DNA of 28,641 nucleotides, from the NCBI GenBank assembly GCA_050012475.1, contig JBEKHC010000066.1, positions 1 to 28,641 of the forward strand. Direction: 5' to 3'. This DNA is from Candidatus Velthaea sp. Its GTDB lineage: Bacteria; Vulcanimicrobiota; Vulcanimicrobiia; Vulcanimicrobiales; Vulcanimicrobiaceae. Shown here in pieces: positions 27,922-28,641 of the stretch; the first letter of the stretch is position 1, and each line of letters begins with the position of its first letter. A model generated the notes under the pieces. That model was given only the letters and a program-made list of their open reading frames with translations. It searched no databases and had not been told where the DNA came from. The translations under genes were made by a program, and so were the position numbers.

Positions 27922-28195
27922 TCACGCCGTGGCGCCCAACTCCGGACGGCCGACCGGTGAACCATCATCGATCCACTGCTTGAGGTTTTGGGGGAAAAGA
28001 GTTCGTCGATCACCATGAACGCGGCGCCGACGACGCCGGCGGTATCTTCCAACGATGATCGCACGATGCGCACGTGACGTGTGGCCAGCGCAGCGAGCGT
28101 CGGTACACCGCTTCACGCATCGGCGCGAGAAGGCGGTCGCCGGCATGCGCAAGGCCGGCACCGACGATAATGCTCGACGGGTTGAAGCAATTAAC
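27922..28195 (-). pseudogene. C-terminal fragment of a ROK-family (NagC/XylR-like) protein, frameshifted
   Basis: VNCFNPSSIIVGAGLAHAGDRLLAPMREAVYRRSL/LATRHVRIVRSSLEDTAGVVGAAFMVIDELFS/...WIDDGSPVGRPELGATA*. Confidence 0.8.
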
Positions 28196-28200
28196 GTGCT

Positions 28201-28308
28201 TTCTACGACGCAGCGATGGCAGCCGGAGCTACGGACAACCGTACGCCTGGCGCGCGTCTATACTATGACCCTCGCTACTATGCGGCAAATGTTTTCGATC
28301 CCGACGGC
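28201..28308 (+). pseudogene. Fragment of a VOC/glyoxalase-family protein
   Basis: Not in the ORF track. FYDAAMAAGATDNRTPGARLYYDPRYYAANVFDPDG matches AAGGxDNGxPGxRxxYxxxYYAAxVxDPDG. Confidence 0.78.
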
Positions 28309-28334
28309 TCCCGCAAAGCGCATCCCGCTCGCTT

Positions 28335-28396
28335 GCCCGTAGTGTCATCTAGCTTATGAAGCGGTAGAAAAGTTCCAAGTGCGCACAACGCTCGCA
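28335..28396 (+). repeat. Right copy of the diverged ~60-bp direct repeat (core 28370-28387)
   Basis: Same orientation as the 20531-20593 copy; the cores are 7802 bp apart. Confidence 0.85.
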
Positions 28397-28540
28397 AGTA
28401 GGCGGCATGCTGCCTAGGAACGGAGACTCGCCTTGTCACTCGGCATGGAAGCCTTCAGCTTGAGACATCGACGGCTGAGGTCCGTCATCCCGCTTTCCAG
28501 TGCAACGGCGACGCCGTGCGAGCACCCGCGATCCAAAACG

Positions 28541-28641
28541 CTAGGCCGTCGCCGCTTTTCGGGTAGGTCTACCACCCTTCATCCCGTTTGCACGCGCGGC
28601 AGCTGCCTTTGTCGGCGAAGCGACACTGCCGGCTCGTCGCG
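28541..28641 (-). CDS. 3' end of a probable DUF2442-type protein (5' part outside the window)
   Basis: RRAGSVASPTKAAAARANGMKGGRPTRKAATA*; the KAAAARxNGxKGGRP tail is one I associate with DUF2442 proteins. Confidence 0.6.
   Translation of the reverse strand, partial: RRAGSVASPTKAAAARANGMKGGRPTRKAATA

Noticed and set aside
1..28641. CRISPR array, rRNA/tRNA genes, intact IS or integrase
   Set aside because: No regularly spaced repeat-spacer array, RNA-gene signature or transposase/integrase ORF was seen by eye.

Overview
GC-rich bacterial window in three parts. (1) 1-13430 is a tungsten/Fe-S island. On the minus strand it reads mrp(+DUF971)-nfu-tupA-[tupB, 5' part deleted]-tupC-[two eroded moeA genes]-aorA-like 4Fe-4S protein-aldehyde:ferredoxin oxidoreductase-moaD. 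This continues with no gap into a group-4 [NiFe]-hydrogenase/complex-I-like membrane module (NuoL-, NuoN/M-, NuoB-, NuoH- and NuoI-like subunits) that runs off the left edge; moaA is divergent. The best novelty candidate is this apparent AOR-coupled energy-converting complex (an aldehyde analogue of CO/formate hydrogenlyase), but the catalytic large subunit is not in the window, so hydrogenase activity is unproven. (2) About 13.4-20.5 kb holds a GNAT gene, a few orphan small ORFs (including a 31-aa CxxC..CxxC peptide missing from the ORF track) and abutting gene fragments (PAS-GGDEF, TonB receptor, TraA-like relaxase, serine recombinase, ECF sigma). (3) About 20.5-28.4 kb is a 7.8-kb segment bracketed by diverged ~60-bp direct repeats with an exact 18-bp core. 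It carries a large TonB-dependent receptor, a divergent multi-pass membrane PDZ-like/wHTH-BTAD regulator and a small TonB-C protein. All calls come from motif recognition by eye; no searches were run.
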